Both the position numbers and the translations under genes were made by a program. The notes beneath the pieces are model-generated. The model was not told the DNA's origin and made no database searches. It saw nothing but the letters and a program-made list of their open reading frames with translations. Shown one piece after another: positions 39,615-49,029 of a stretch of 64,000 bases of DNA (position 1 is its first letter; each line of letters begins with the position of its first letter). The DNA lies in IMG/VR virus record IMGVR_UViG_3300036846_000555, positions 32,001-96,000 of that record; one strand, written 5' to 3'. This DNA is from a virus.

Positions 39615-40061
39615 ATGAAGTCACGTAGGTTCCGCAGGTCTGGTCATCCGCTGACGCAGGCGATCGACGCTTCGGTCGATTCCCGCCAGGCGCTCGGGCT
39701 GCCGGTCACGACTGGCCAGGTCACATCTGACCTGGTCGGCACCGTTCCCGCTGCGTTGATGCTGACTGAGTTCGGTCGGCTGGTCGGCGGCAGGGTTCGT
39801 GACCGGCTACGAGCACGCGGGGAGCTGGTCATCGACGAGACGACGTGGGAGCGCGCCACGGACGTTGACGTCACCGACCAGCAGTTCAAGGTGACCGTCG
39901 CGATCAAGCAGGAGAACGTCAACCGGGTCACTGCTCGCCTGAAGGCCGAGAAGGAGATCGAGAAGTTCCTCGACCGCCAGGCCGCCCGGCTGAGCCGTCC
40001 GGTGACGATGGGCGAGTTCGAAGCGCAGATCGACAAGATCTACGCCAAGCACGGGTTCTAA
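39615..40061 (+). CDS. Hypothetical protein
   Basis: 148 aa, RBS AGGAG. Confidence 0.65.
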   Translation: MKSRRFRRSGHPLTQAIDASVDSRQALGLPVTTGQVTSDLVGTVPAALMLTEFGRLVGGRVRDRLRARGELVIDETTWERATDVDVTDQQFKVTVAIKQENVNRVTARLKAEKEIEKFLDRQAARLSRPVTMGEFEAQIDKIYAKHGF

Positions 40062-40071
40062 GAGGTGCGCC

Positions 40072-40401
40072 ATGGCCGTCGTCGATGCCGACATCGAGAT
40101 CCTTGTCGACAACGTCGACGGCCAGTACCGCCTGTTTGACATCGAGCATGAGCAGGCGCACGCCGCCCGCGTCCTGAACAGCGAGGCGACTCAGCTCGCG
40201 CTCGACCTGGATCTGTTCCCGGAGTTCGCGTGGCCGACCGACGAGCCAGAGCCCGACTTCACGCCGATGTGGGAGGAGACAGCGCGTCTGTATCGGCCCC
40301 GGCGCAACACCTGGGGCCTGGACGTGGAGACGCTGCCGCTATTCGAAACCTGGATCAAGAACATCCAGCAACTGCACCCGACCGAGGAGAACCATGGTTG
40401 A
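40072..40401 (+). CDS. Hypothetical protein
   Basis: 109 aa; its C-terminus overlaps the leader motif of the next gene. Confidence 0.65.
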   Translation: MAVVDADIEILVDNVDGQYRLFDIEHEQAHAARVLNSEATQLALDLDLFPEFAWPTDEPEPDFTPMWEETARLYRPRRNTWGLDVETLPLFETWIKNIQQLHPTEENHG

Positions 40402-40558
40402 CACCGACTGGAGAGACGAGGCCGCTGAGGCGGCCGTCAACGGCGACACGATGTACTGCGACTACTGCTATGAGGATCAGCCGGTGGAGCTTGGGCCGGA
40501 CGGCTCGGTGGTCGTCTGCTCGGTCTGCCAGCACGGGCTAGCGCCAGTCTCGTCCTAG
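40394..40558 (+). CDS. Small Zn-finger protein (54 aa; not in the ORF track)
   Basis: MVDTDWRDEAAEAAVNGDTMYCDYC...VCSVCQHG; CCGACCGAGGAG leader. Confidence 0.65.
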   Translation: MVDTDWRDEAAEAAVNGDTMYCDYCYEDQPVELGPDGSVVVCSVCQHGLAPVSS

Positions 40559-40578
40559 CCTGCCCGTAGACTCACACC

Positions 40579-41103
40579 GTGATCCAATTCACGGTCATCG
40601 GCAAGCCCGTCACAAAGGGTTCGACGACGTCGTTCGCCGCCAAGCGCAAGGACGGCAGCCTCGTCACCCGCGAGAACGGCAACCCGGTGGTGGTGACCCG
40701 CAACGCGTCCGGCGCCCGCGGCCGCACCTGGGAGAACGCCGTCGCGAGCTGCGCCCTGGAGGCCCGCGAGCTGGCCGGTGGCCGGATCGCCCGCGGCGAG
40801 CCCGTCGGCGTGGAGGTGATCTTCTACCAGCCCCGCAACGCTGGGCACTACGGCACTGGTCGCAACGCGTGCAAGCTCAAGGATTCCGCGCCGCCGTTCC
40901 CGGCTGTGAGACCAGACGTCGACAAGCTCTTGCGCTCGACGCTCGACGCGCTCACCTCGGTGCTCTACGCCGACGACGGGCAGGTCGTGACCGTCCGCGC
41001 GGAGAAGCGGTTTGGCGATCCGGCGCGCGCGGAGATCAAGGTCTGGGTAGTGTCTGCGCTACCGGTCGACGGCCAGCTCGACCTGGAGCTGGCGGTCGCC
41101 TAA
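40579..41103 (+). CDS. rusA: RusA-like Holliday junction resolvase
   Basis: FTVIGKPVTKGS...PDVDKLLRSTLDAL..VLYADDGQVV. Confidence 0.9.
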   Translation: MIQFTVIGKPVTKGSTTSFAAKRKDGSLVTRENGNPVVVTRNASGARGRTWENAVASCALEARELAGGRIARGEPVGVEVIFYQPRNAGHYGTGRNACKLKDSAPPFPAVRPDVDKLLRSTLDALTSVLYADDGQVVTVRAEKRFGDPARAEIKVWVVSALPVDGQLDLELAVA

Positions 41104-41122
41104 AGGTTCGTACCGAGGAGAC

Positions 41123-41155
41123 GACCGGCCCGGGTTCCACGCACCTGGGCCGGTC
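41123..41155. terminator. Stem-loop between convergent genes
   Basis: GACCGGCCCGGG-loop-CCTGGGCCGGTC. Confidence 0.55.
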
Positions 41156-41162
41156 ACCCCGG

Positions 41163-41438
41163 CTAGGCCCAGCCCGCGAGCGCGTCGACCTGGTCGCGGC
41201 CCTCGCGGCTCTTCTTCAGCGCGGCCCGGTGCTCCTTACCCTCGGCGCGCGCCTGGTGGTAGAGATGCGACTCAAGCTCCGCGATCAGCACGTTGCGCAG
41301 CGCCCGCCGGTCGACGTCGGTCGAGAGCTGCGCGATCGCGATCGTGTGCAGGAGCGCGTCGACGCGCGCGGCTGACTTCTTGGCCAGCGTCCGCCAGCGC
41401 GGCGGCGCCATCACCTTGAGCTGCTCGCGGCTGGGCAT
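41163..41438 (-). CDS. Hypothetical protein
   Basis: 91 aa, end of leftward operon. Confidence 0.55.
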   Translation of the reverse strand: MPSREQLKVMAPPRWRTLAKKSAARVDALLHTIAIAQLSTDVDRRALRNVLIAELESHLYHQARAEGKEHRAALKKSREGRDQVDALAGWA

Positions 41439-42079
41439 CAGTCGTCCTCCTCGATCCAGACTCGCCCGTTGCCGCCGAGCGCCTGGGTGACGCGCCGGTC
41501 GAGCGCGTACTTGCTCTCGCCGGGCCGCGCCTGGACGTCCACGCCGTAGGCCTCACGGACCAGGCGCGCGTAGCAGCGCGCCCAGCGGTCGGTGTGCTTG
41601 GCGGTGGGCAGCGCGTAGTGCGCCAGCTCGTGGCAGGTGATCATCTTCACCTCCGCGGCCGGGATGTCCCCGAGGCTCAGGTGGATCCGGCTGCGGGGCC
41701 AGGCACGGCCGCTGTAGCTGCCGTTGTCGGTCCGGTGCAGTGTCCAGTCGACCTTGCGGCCGCGCATCCGCGACGGCAGCTCGTCGCGCAGAGCGGGCAG
41801 CCGGACCAGCCGCGCGATCTCCTTGCCGACGTCGACGCCGTCGATGATCTCGCGCTGCGCCCGCGTCACTCGCGCGCGCTCGCGCTGCTTGGCGGTGCGC
41901 TCGGCGCGCTTGGTCTTGGCCTGCTCGCGCTGGCGCTCCAGCGCCGGGCTCGATCGCTCGACCAGGCGGCCGGTCGTTTCGCTACAGCGCAGGCACCACC
42001 GTCGGACGTCGTCGCGCCGCGGCCGGTCGGGTCCGTTGACGCCGCCGCCGCATACGGGGCACACCCACCGCCGGGCCAT
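41438..42079 (-). CDS. Zn-finger plus SprT-like zincin (HELAH) protein
   Basis: CPVC...CLRC N-terminus; ITCHELAHY...HTDRW motif. Confidence 0.65.
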   Translation of the reverse strand: MARRWVCPVCGGGVNGPDRPRRDDVRRWCLRCSETTGRLVERSSPALERQREQAKTKRAERTAKQRERARVTRAQREIIDGVDVGKEIARLVRLPALRDELPSRMRGRKVDWTLHRTDNGSYSGRAWPRSRIHLSLGDIPAAEVKMITCHELAHYALPTAKHTDRWARCYARLVREAYGVDVQARPGESKYALDRRVTQALGGNGRVWIEEDD

Positions 42080-42387
42080 CAGGCGCTCTCTTTCAGCGCC
42101 GCGTCGATGGCCTGAGCGCGCGTCGTGGACTCCCAGTCCACCGGCCCGGTCCAGTCGTCGCTGTCGTAGACGAGGTTCTCGTAGGTCTCGCTGTCGAGCC
42201 CGTCCTGCCAGGGGATCCGCCCGATGTACTTCCATGCGCCCCAGAACGTCCGATCTCGCGGCCACTCCTCCAGCCCGTAGGACGGGCCGTCTTCGTACCG
42301 GCGGATCCGCCAGAGTGTCTGGCCGTCGTTGGACGGCAGCAGGTAGTCACCCTGCGCGATCTTGATCAGCGAGTAGTTGCGGTCCAT
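42079..42387 (-). CDS. Hypothetical Trp-rich protein
   Basis: 102 aa, coupled ORF. Confidence 0.6.
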   Translation of the reverse strand: MDRNYSLIKIAQGDYLLPSNDGQTLWRIRRYEDGPSYGLEEWPRDRTFWGAWKYIGRIPWQDGLDSETYENLVYDSDDWTGPVDWESTTRAQAIDAALKESA

Positions 42388-42587
42388 CAGTCGTACCTCG
42401 GTGTCCGCCGCGTGGCGAGATGCCACCCGCCGCAGAATGTGCAGGGGTAGACAAGGACGCTGTAGCCGTAGGTCTCGGCGTAGGCCTCCGCTTCCGCGTG
42501 AGTGTCGAACCGGCGCTTGGGTTTGCCGTCGGCGGTGAAGTGCTCGCCGACGATCCGTTGGCGGGGCTGCTGGCGCTTGCGCATCAT
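42387..42587 (-). CDS. Small Zn-binding protein
   Basis: KRRFDT..EA...YPCTFCGGWHL motif. Confidence 0.6.
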   Translation of the reverse strand: MMRKRQQPRQRIVGEHFTADGKPKRRFDTHAEAEAYAETYGYSVLVYPCTFCGGWHLATRRTPRYD

Positions 42588-42793
42588 CCGCTCCCCCGAT
42601 CCGGATGCTCGGGGCAGCCCCGGCAGCGCGGCAGATGCCACTTCTCGCGGCCTGCCGCGTAGTCGAGATACCCGTCGTACCACGCGTCGGGCGCGTTCAT
42701 CGCGTCGCCGCGCTCCAGCGTGGCGGTGACGCCGCTGGAAGAGCGCCAGCCCTTGTTGTACCAGCGCTTGTACTCAGCGCTCATCTCGATCAT
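42584..42793 (-). CDS. Hypothetical protein
   Basis: First gene after the operator-promoter and leader at 42799-42860. Confidence 0.65.
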   Translation of the reverse strand: MIEMSAEYKRWYNKGWRSSSGVTATLERGDAMNAPDAWYDGYLDYAAGREKWHLPRCRGCPEHPDRGSG

Positions 42794-42798
42794 CAAAG

Positions 42799-42860
42799 CT
42801 CCTCGGTCGGATGGTGCGGCCACACTGACCGCACCACCATTGTAGCACACGACGTGTGTC
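42799..42860 (-). promoter_or_regulatory. Operator / extended -10 promoter / hairpin / leader unit
   Basis: GACACACGTCGTGTGCT-ACAAT...GCGGTC..GGCCGC..CCGACCGAGGAG. Confidence 0.8.
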
Positions 42861-43518
42861 AGTCGATGCGCGACTGGGCCCAGGCCTCGATGCCTGCTTC
42901 GCGCAGGACATTGGCGATGGCCGTGGCCGCCGCGTCCCAGCGGACGTAGGACTGGGAGTACCGGTCCCCGCACATCTTCCAGGTGCTCAGGGCGATGCCG
43001 CCGTTGTAGCTGTCGCGCCGCGCCATGCCCTCGCTGAGCAGGTAGCGCGCGAACCGTGAGCCGCCCGGCTTGACGTTCACCCAGGCCGTCCCGCAGATGC
43101 CCTCGTTGACTGCGTAGACGGGCTCGTTGGGATCCGCTCCGCCGTCATCGCCGCCCATCAGGGAGCCCAGTACGTCCCGGGGCGTATACACGATCATCGG
43201 CGTCGGCACGGCGCCGCGGAACGCGGCCTCACCGGCCTCACCGGCGCGGGCGATCAAGGCCTTCATCGCGGCCTTGCTCATCTTCACCGAGCCGCCGCCC
43301 TCGATCTTCGTCCGGCAGCGAGCGCAGACGTAACCGTCACGGCCGATCTCGTTCGCGTCCTGGCGCTCGATCCGCCCGCGGCTCCATGAGCCACGACGGT
43401 CGCCCTTCACCTGCGCGACGTCGATGCCGCACATCGTGCGGCTAGACTCAGCGTCGGCGGCGTAATGCCAGCGCGGTTGACGGTAGGCGCCCGGATTGGT
43501 CTTCCGGATCACTTCCAC
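42859..43518 (-). CDS. Hypothetical protein (Zn-finger N-terminus, conserved phage C-terminal domain)
   Basis: GTG 43518 after leader; CGTAWVNVKP...SQS...SRID. Confidence 0.7.
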   Translation of the reverse strand: MEVIRKTNPGAYRQPRWHYAADAESSRTMCGIDVAQVKGDRRGSWSRGRIERQDANEIGRDGYVCARCRTKIEGGGSVKMSKAAMKALIARAGEAGEAAFRGAVPTPMIVYTPRDVLGSLMGGDDGGADPNEPVYAVNEGICGTAWVNVKPGGSRFARYLLSEGMARRDSYNGGIALSTWKMCGDRYSQSYVRWDAAATAIANVLREAGIEAWAQSRID

Positions 43519-43529
43519 TGTTTCGATAC

Positions 43530-43607
43530 CTCCTCGGTCGGGGAGTCGCGGCCAATCCGGCCGCACCTACATTGTAGCACACATCGCGTGTTAGGGTGTG
43601 CTATCCT
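43530..43607. promoter_or_regulatory. Divergent promoters sharing one operator palindrome
   Basis: Minus strand AACACGCGATGTGTGCT-ACAAT plus leader; plus strand GTGTGC-TATCCT at 43596-43607. Confidence 0.8.
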
Positions 43608-43647
43608 TCCAGGGCGAACGTCCCGACCACAACCAAAGGAGTGAGCA

Positions 43648-44148
43648 GTGAAGTTGACCGAAGTCACAATCCTCAACGTGCCGACCGAGGTTCACATCAA
43701 TGCGGGCGGCACCTTCCGCGTGTACCTGAAGGGTCACGCGGAGGACGACGACGCGCAAGCGCTGTCGACCGGTGCCTCGCTCAGCGAGGCCGTTGAGAGG
43801 GCCAAGCCGCAGGTCCGGCAGCGCAAGGTGAAGGTGAACGTGCCGTTCTACCGGATGACGCACTTCCAGAAGGACGACGGCGTGTCGTTCCAGCAGGGCA
43901 CCGCGACCGGGTTCCATGCAGGCACCGGCAACGTGCTCGCGGTCGTCAACGGCGAAAACGAGCAGCTCGGCAGCTCGGGCTACCGCAGCGGAACCGCATA
44001 CCGGGGCGACATGCCGCAGGAGGCTCGCGACGAGCTGATCCGGCTGCGCCGGGAGATCCGCGAGCGAAGCGACCGGCAGCGGGAGATCGACGGCACGTGG
44101 AGCTTCGACCTCGCCGAGGCGGTCCGCGAGGCCATCGAGGCATCATGA
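43648..44148 (+). CDS. Hypothetical protein
   Basis: 166 aa; TGC-TATCCT promoter and AAAGGAG RBS. Confidence 0.7.
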   Translation: MKLTEVTILNVPTEVHINAGGTFRVYLKGHAEDDDAQALSTGASLSEAVERAKPQVRQRKVKVNVPFYRMTHFQKDDGVSFQQGTATGFHAGTGNVLAVVNGENEQLGSSGYRSGTAYRGDMPQEARDELIRLRREIRERSDRQREIDGTWSFDLAEAVREAIEAS

Positions 44149-44429
44149 CGACGACGGATCCGCGCGCGGAGGAGCAAGCCGCGCGCGCCCGTCACCGGCA
44201 GCTTGAGCGTGCTCGCAAGGAGGCCAAGCGCAAGCGCGACAACGAAGCAAGCACCAAGCTCCAGGGGATCATTCGCGAGGAGATGGCGCGCCCCCGCGCG
44301 CGAGCTTGCCGGTGCGGGATCACGACGCGCACGACGCGTGCTGAGCTGGACGCGCTGGGCGCGGGCTGCACCGCTGGCCGGTGGGTGTGCGAGACGCTGG
44401 CGGCAATCCGGCGCCGGATGGACCGGTAA
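44145..44429 (+). CDS. Hypothetical Cys-containing protein
   Basis: ATGA overlap; CRC...C...WVC. Confidence 0.55.
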   Translation: MTTTDPRAEEQAARARHRQLERARKEAKRKRDNEASTKLQGIIREEMARPRARACRCGITTRTTRAELDALGAGCTAGRWVCETLAAIRRRMDR

Positions 44430-44536
44430 CGCCAATCGTGTGCTACCCTGAAGGAATCATGACGACCACCAGGGGGAGCGCGAAAGCGAAGTCGGATCGC
44501 GGCCAGGCTCACGCGAGTCGCTCCAGAGGGAGAACG

Positions 44537-44800
44537 ATGAGCAAGGAGAATGGCAGCGAGCCGATCGGCCCGCCCAAGCAGCCGCGCGCGGTCAGGCAGC
44601 TCGACATCGTCGGGACGGCCGAGGCCGCCGCGCTGCTCGGCGTCGAACGACCGCGCATCGGACGATGGGTCAAACGCGGCGTGATGCCGCCGACAGCGGC
44701 GATGCTGCAGGCGACGCCGGTGTGGTATCGCCGGGACATCCTGAAGATGCAGAGCTGGGTTGAGCGCAACCGCCGCAACCGCGAGCCGGTGGCGGGCTGA
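44537..44800 (+). CDS. Helix-turn-helix (excisionase/AlpA/MerR-like) DNA-binding protein
   Basis: IVGTAEAAALLGVERPRIGRWVKRG.MP...PVWYRRDI; alternative start at 44459. Confidence 0.75.
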   Translation: MSKENGSEPIGPPKQPRAVRQLDIVGTAEAAALLGVERPRIGRWVKRGVMPPTAAMLQATPVWYRRDILKMQSWVERNRRNREPVAG

Positions 44801-44804
44801 CTGC

Positions 44805-45017
44805 ATGCACCGAGCCGAACGCGCCCGGCTGGCGCGCGAGGCCGCGCTGGAACGCATCCGCCGTCAGCAGGAGGACGGAGTGCTCACCATCCGTCAGATG
44901 ACCCCCGAGGAGCGGGAGCACTGGGGGCCGCCGCCCGACCACCCAACGGGACGCAAGCCGAGCTACCGGCCGTCGCTGGCCCGGTTCAAGCAGGCGCCGC
45001 CCGACGACGACGAGTAG
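44805..45017 (+). CDS. Hypothetical protein
   Basis: 70 aa, phage-like codon usage. Confidence 0.5.
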   Translation: MHRAERARLAREAALERIRRQQEDGVLTIRQMTPEEREHWGPPPDHPTGRKPSYRPSLARFKQAPPDDDE

Positions 45018-45034
45018 AACCGAGGAGACCAGAG

Positions 45035-45310
45035 ATGGCAGCAACCAACGATCGCCCGGCGACGACCGCGACCGAGTACGTGGTGTTGGAGCAGCGCGAG
45101 TTCAAAGACGACTCGTCCGGTGAGGTCACCGTCGCCTGGGTCGAGTCCGGCCACACCACCGGCACGACCCGCAACGGCGTGGTCCTGGAGATCGCCGGGG
45201 ACAAGGAGGGCATCTGGCGCCCGGTGCCGACCCGCAACTGGGCCGACGCCATCCGGACGCGCGAGGAAGTCAGCCGCAAGATGAAGGCCGAGCCCGTCGA
45301 ACCGTTTTGA
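45035..45310 (+). CDS. Hypothetical protein
   Basis: ACCGAGGAG leader. Confidence 0.65.
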   Translation: MAATNDRPATTATEYVVLEQREFKDDSSGEVTVAWVESGHTTGTTRNGVVLEIAGDKEGIWRPVPTRNWADAIRTREEVSRKMKAEPVEPF

Positions 45311-45627
45311 CCGAGCCCGAGACGCCCGCGCCCGAGGAGGAGAAGGACCCGTTCGAAGAGCTGCGGAAGATCGCGGACTTCGGCGACTACGACGAGCGCG
45401 CGCTGGACGACTACCAGGCGCTGTCCTACTACTTCTCGCTGCGCAAGGAAGGCATGCCGCGCCCGACCGCCAGAGTGCAGACGTGCGCCATGTTCGGCCA
45501 TGACGCGCCGCGCGGCCAGTGCCTGCGCTGCGGCATCGGGGTCGACCCCAACAGCGACGAGGCCGGAGCCAAGCGCGAGCGCAGACGGATGGCTGAGCGT
45601 GACGCGTGGCTGGCTTCCCGATGGTGA
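45307..45627 (+). CDS. Hypothetical protein with C-H-C-C motif
   Basis: TCAMFGH...QCLRCG. Confidence 0.55.
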   Translation: MTEPETPAPEEEKDPFEELRKIADFGDYDERALDDYQALSYYFSLRKEGMPRPTARVQTCAMFGHDAPRGQCLRCGIGVDPNSDEAGAKRERRRMAERDAWLASRW

Positions 45628-45651
45628 TCTGAGCGTCGGTACGATGGCGCC

Positions 45652-46224
45652 GTGGACGACGACGGCGACCGCTCACTTGACGATCTGACCGGGCGCCACA
45701 TGCGCAAGCGGGGGCGGATCCCCGGGATGAGCGAGATCGAGCGCGAGGAGCGCAACGCCGAGATCGTCCGCGACCGGCTGCGCGGCCAGAGCTGGGAGTA
45801 CCTGGCGGAGAAGTACAACCTGACCATCCGCCAGATCCGAGACATCTACAACGGCTGGCGCGCCGACAACCAGCCGACCTACCAGGGCCGCGACCCGATC
45901 GAGATCGTCCACTCGATGCTCGACCGGCTCAATAGCTGGGTCGAGCAGCTCGCCGAGGTGGCCGACACCGCCAGCGCCGACGCGACGAGGATCGCCGCGA
46001 TCAACGCGCAGCTCAACGCGCTGACCCGCACCGCCGAGCTGATGCAGGCCACCGGCATCCTGCCGCACGATCTCGGCACCCTGCGCCTGGAGCTGGACGT
46101 CCAGACGCTCGCCGTCAAGCTCGTCACCGTCCTGACCGACCAGGGCGCCACGCCGGAGATGAAGCGCGCGATCCTGGAGACGCTGAGAGCCGATGCGCTG
46201 CAGCAGCCCGCGCTGCCCGCTTGA
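45652..46224 (+). CDS. terS: Terminase small subunit (HTH)
   Basis: RNAEIVRDRLRGQSWEYLAEKYNLTIRQIRDIY HTH upstream of terL; leaderless TACGAT-N6-GTG start. Confidence 0.65.
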   Translation: MDDDGDRSLDDLTGRHMRKRGRIPGMSEIEREERNAEIVRDRLRGQSWEYLAEKYNLTIRQIRDIYNGWRADNQPTYQGRDPIEIVHSMLDRLNSWVEQLAEVADTASADATRIAAINAQLNALTRTAELMQATGILPHDLGTLRLELDVQTLAVKLVTVLTDQGATPEMKRAILETLRADALQQPALPA

Positions 46225-46447
46225 CCGCGTCGACGGCTCCCGCTTCTGCGCAGGCCACCGCGAGCTGTTCGCGTCCATCGCGACCGAGATCGACGACGGC
46301 CGCGACGCGCGCCGCCGGTCGCCCGAGCGCCGCCGCCGCACCCTGTTCAAGGAGTGCGACTGGGCAGGCTGCCCCGAGTGCGCCGCGCCGCGCGAGTCCT
46401 ACTGCGCATACCACGTGAGGGTGCTGAGCGGTGCCTCTGCGACTTGA
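46193..46447 (+). CDS. Small protein with two CxxxxC...CxxH motifs
   Basis: CSSPRC...FCAGH and CDWAGC...YCAYH. Confidence 0.5.
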   Translation: MRCSSPRCPLDRVDGSRFCAGHRELFASIATEIDDGRDARRRSPERRRRTLFKECDWAGCPECAAPRESYCAYHVRVLSGASAT

Positions 46448-48188
46448 CCCGCGCGAGCACTTCGGGCTGACCGTCTCCGACGCGTTCCTGGACGCGCTGG
46501 AGTCAGACATCGCCGCGCATGAGCAGCGCCGCGCCAGCTTTCTGCAGTGGGCGATCAAGGTCCCCGAGACCCGCGGCCCACTGAACTTCGACCGCTGGCC
46601 GTTCCAGCGCGAGCTGTACGAGCAGGGGTTCGACGACAAGGAGGTCGTCGTCATGAAGGCCACGCAGCTCGGGATCTCCGCGTGGCTGGTCCGGTGGGCG
46701 CTGTGCTGGGCCGACATGCACGCTGCCCGCGTCCTGTACATCTTCCCCCGCGAGCGCCAGCTCCTGGACTTCTCTGACGGCCGCATCAAGCCGCTTATCT
46801 TGGGTGAGTACCTGAGGACTCGTGTGCCTGCCGCGTCGGTGCAGAACAAGACGCTGAAGTCCGTCGGCCTGGGGATCATCTACTTCCGCGGCTCCGAGGC
46901 CGAGGCCGGGCTGGAGTCGATTGACGCCGACGCGCTGTGCCTCGACGAGCACGACCTCCTGGTGCAGGCGCACATCCCGATCGCCGAGCGCCGCGTCGGC
47001 GGCCAGGACTCGCTCGGGCTGATCCGCCGGATCGGCTTCCCGACCATCAGCGACCACGGCATCCACAAGGAGTACAAGAAGACCGACCAGCGCGAGTGGA
47101 CCGTCCGCTGCGAGTTCTGCGGCGAATGGCAGTCGCTGACGTGGGCTGACAACGTCGACGTCGAGCGCGAGATCCGCGTGTGCCGCAAGTGCCGCAAGCC
47201 GCTCGACGTCGCCACCGGCGAGTGGGTCGCGACGCACCCGGACCGCAGCACCCGCGGCTACCACATCACCAAGCTGATCCTGCCGCGCCCCGAGATCGTC
47301 AGCACGCTCGTCGCCGCCTCCCGCGAGCAGGTGGCCTACCAGCGCCAGATCTTCTTCAACCGCGATCTCGGTGAGCCGTGGGAGGCCGAGGGCGCCCGGC
47401 TGACCCCCGCGATGATCGCCGCGGCGCAGCGCGGCTACGCGCAGCTCACTGCCTACACCGGCACCAACCCGGTGATCATGGGCGTCGACGTCGCGTCGGT
47501 TCGCGCGCTGAACGTGTGGGTGACCGAGCAGGTGTCAGAGACGCAAGGCCGCGTCCTGTACCTCGGCCTGGTCGACAGCTTCGACGAGCTGGCCAAGCTC
47601 ATGGACCGCTTCCGGGTGGTCATGGCCGGGATCGACCACCTGCCCGAGAACCGGCTGGCGCAGGCGTTCGCGAACCGCTTCGCCGGACGGGTGTACATCA
47701 TCAGCTACGGCACCGAGACTCAGCGCGACGTGCTCAGCGTCGACGATCAGCAGCGGCGCGCGTCGGTCCGGCGCACCGAGGCCATCGACGCCGCGCAGGA
47801 GCGCGTCCGCGCGCAGCGCGAGTATCTGCCGCAGGATCTCCCGACCGGGTTCGTGGAGCAGATGTGCGCCAACGTCCGCTCCGTCGAGCGCAACGACGTC
47901 GGCCGCGTCCAGGTGCGCTACCGCGCCGACGGCCCGGACGACTGGATGCAGGCGCTCACCTACGCCATCGTCGCGAACGAGTGCTGGTGGATCCGCCAGC
48001 AGGTTGATCACGAGGAGATCACCTCCATCGACGAGATGACCGAGCTGGGGTTCGAACGCTCGACGCTGCGCGACCCCGACTCGATGGAGTACTCGCCGGG
48101 CCGGTCCGATGGCGACTACCAGCTCCACGACGGCCAGGTCAACGGGAACGGGTACGGGTACGACGATGGCTACGGCTGGGACGAATAG
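46431..48188 (+). CDS. terL: Terminase large subunit (lambda gpA-like)
   Basis: VVVMKATQLGIS Walker A, CLDEHD Walker B, GFPT coupling motif, CxxC...CxxC, MGVDV nuclease, DDWMQA. Confidence 0.9.
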   Translation: MPLRLDPREHFGLTVSDAFLDALESDIAAHEQRRASFLQWAIKVPETRGPLNFDRWPFQRELYEQGFDDKEVVVMKATQLGISAWLVRWALCWADMHAARVLYIFPRERQLLDFSDGRIKPLILGEYLRTRVPAASVQNKTLKSVGLGIIYFRGSEAEAGLESIDADALCLDEHDLLVQAHIPIAERRVGGQDSLGLIRRIGFPTISDHGIHKEYKKTDQREWTVRCEFCGEWQSLTWADNVDVEREIRVCRKCRKPLDVATGEWVATHPDRSTRGYHITKLILPRPEIVSTLVAASREQVAYQRQIFFNRDLGEPWEAEGARLTPAMIAAAQRGYAQLTAYTGTNPVIMGVDVASVRALNVWVTEQVSETQGRVLYLGLVDSFDELAKLMDRFRVVMAGIDHLPENRLAQAFANRFAGRVYIISYGTETQRDVLSVDDQQRRASVRRTEAIDAAQERVRAQREYLPQDLPTGFVEQMCANVRSVERNDVGRVQVRYRADGPDDWMQALTYAIVANECWWIRQQVDHEEITSIDEMTELGFERSTLRDPDSMEYSPGRSDGDYQLHDGQVNGNGYGYDDGYGWDE

Positions 48189-48197
48189 GCTTCCATA

Positions 48198-48259
48198 AGC
48201 GCACGATGTGTGCTATCCTGTAGGTGGACCCGGAGAGGGTTCAGCTCCCGACCGAGGAG
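48198..48259 (+). promoter_or_regulatory. Operator / extended -10 promoter / leader unit
   Basis: AGCGCACGATGTGTGCT-ATCCT...CCGACCGAGGAG. Confidence 0.8.
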
Positions 48260-48265
48260 GACAAG

Positions 48266-48502
48266 ATGGAGGCCACGACGATCTACCTCGCCAATGGCCA
48301 GGTGCGGACGGTCAAGGGCCGCGCCGAGGACATCGCCGTCGCGCTGCGGCGCCGGACGATGACCGAGGACGACCGGATCCGTCAGTTCACCACCACCGAC
48401 GGCGGCACGCTGACGATCAACGCCGACGCCGTCGCCATGACCGAGACCGCGACCACGCGGGCCGACCGAGCGTTCGGCTTCGCCCGAGCCCTGGAGGCCT
48501 GA
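48266..48502 (+). CDS. Hypothetical accessory protein
   Basis: First gene after operator-promoter at 48198. Confidence 0.7.
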   Translation: MEATTIYLANGQVRTVKGRAEDIAVALRRRTMTEDDRIRQFTTTDGGTLTINADAVAMTETATTRADRAFGFARALEA

Positions 48503-48756
48503 TGAGCGACTGGACCACCAAGTACTACCCGGTCGGATCGCGCTACTGGGTGCTGCCCGGCACCGAGTACACGATCGAGACCACCGGCTACAACACGACG
48601 ACCTGGAAGTCCGGGGCTGAGAAGGGGCGCCGCATGGGCGGCGGCTACTGCCCGCGCCGCGGGCGGCAGCGCCTGGGGAGCTACCCCACGCTGCAGATGG
48701 CCAAGGACCGGGTTACCCGCGACATCGCCCGCCGGGCGGAGAGGGAGGCAGCATGA
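48502..48756 (+). CDS. Hypothetical accessory protein
   Basis: TGATG overlap. Confidence 0.6.
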   Translation: MSDWTTKYYPVGSRYWVLPGTEYTIETTGYNTTTWKSGAEKGRRMGGGYCPRRGRQRLGSYPTLQMAKDRVTRDIARRAEREAA

Positions 48757-48956
48757 GGACCGCAAGCGAACGGTTCCCGATCGGAACGCGCATCGAGCAC
48801 ACCACCGACGGTGAGACCGGCACGGTGATCGGCCACCTCTCCTTCGGCATTCGCGTCGCGGTGGACGTCAACCCCGACGAGTGGCGCTGGTGCGTCATCG
48901 GCCCGCCGTCCAACGTGACCGCGGTGTGGGAGTCCTGGACCTGCGCGCGGACCTAG
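48753..48956 (+). CDS. Hypothetical SH3-like small protein
   Basis: FPIGTRIEH...GETGTVIG pattern. Confidence 0.55.
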   Translation: MRTASERFPIGTRIEHTTDGETGTVIGHLSFGIRVAVDVNPDEWRWCVIGPPSNVTAVWESWTCART

Positions 48957-48960
48957 TAAG

Positions 48961-49023
48961 AGCACACGACGTGTGCTATGATGTGTGTGCGGTCAGAGAG
49001 GCCGCAATCCCCCGACCGAGGAG
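48961..49023 (+). promoter_or_regulatory. Operator / promoter / hairpin / leader unit
   Basis: AGCACACGACGTGTGCT-ATGAT...TGCGGTC..GGCCGCA..CCGACCGAGGAG. Confidence 0.8.
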
Positions 49024-49029
49024 ATCACG

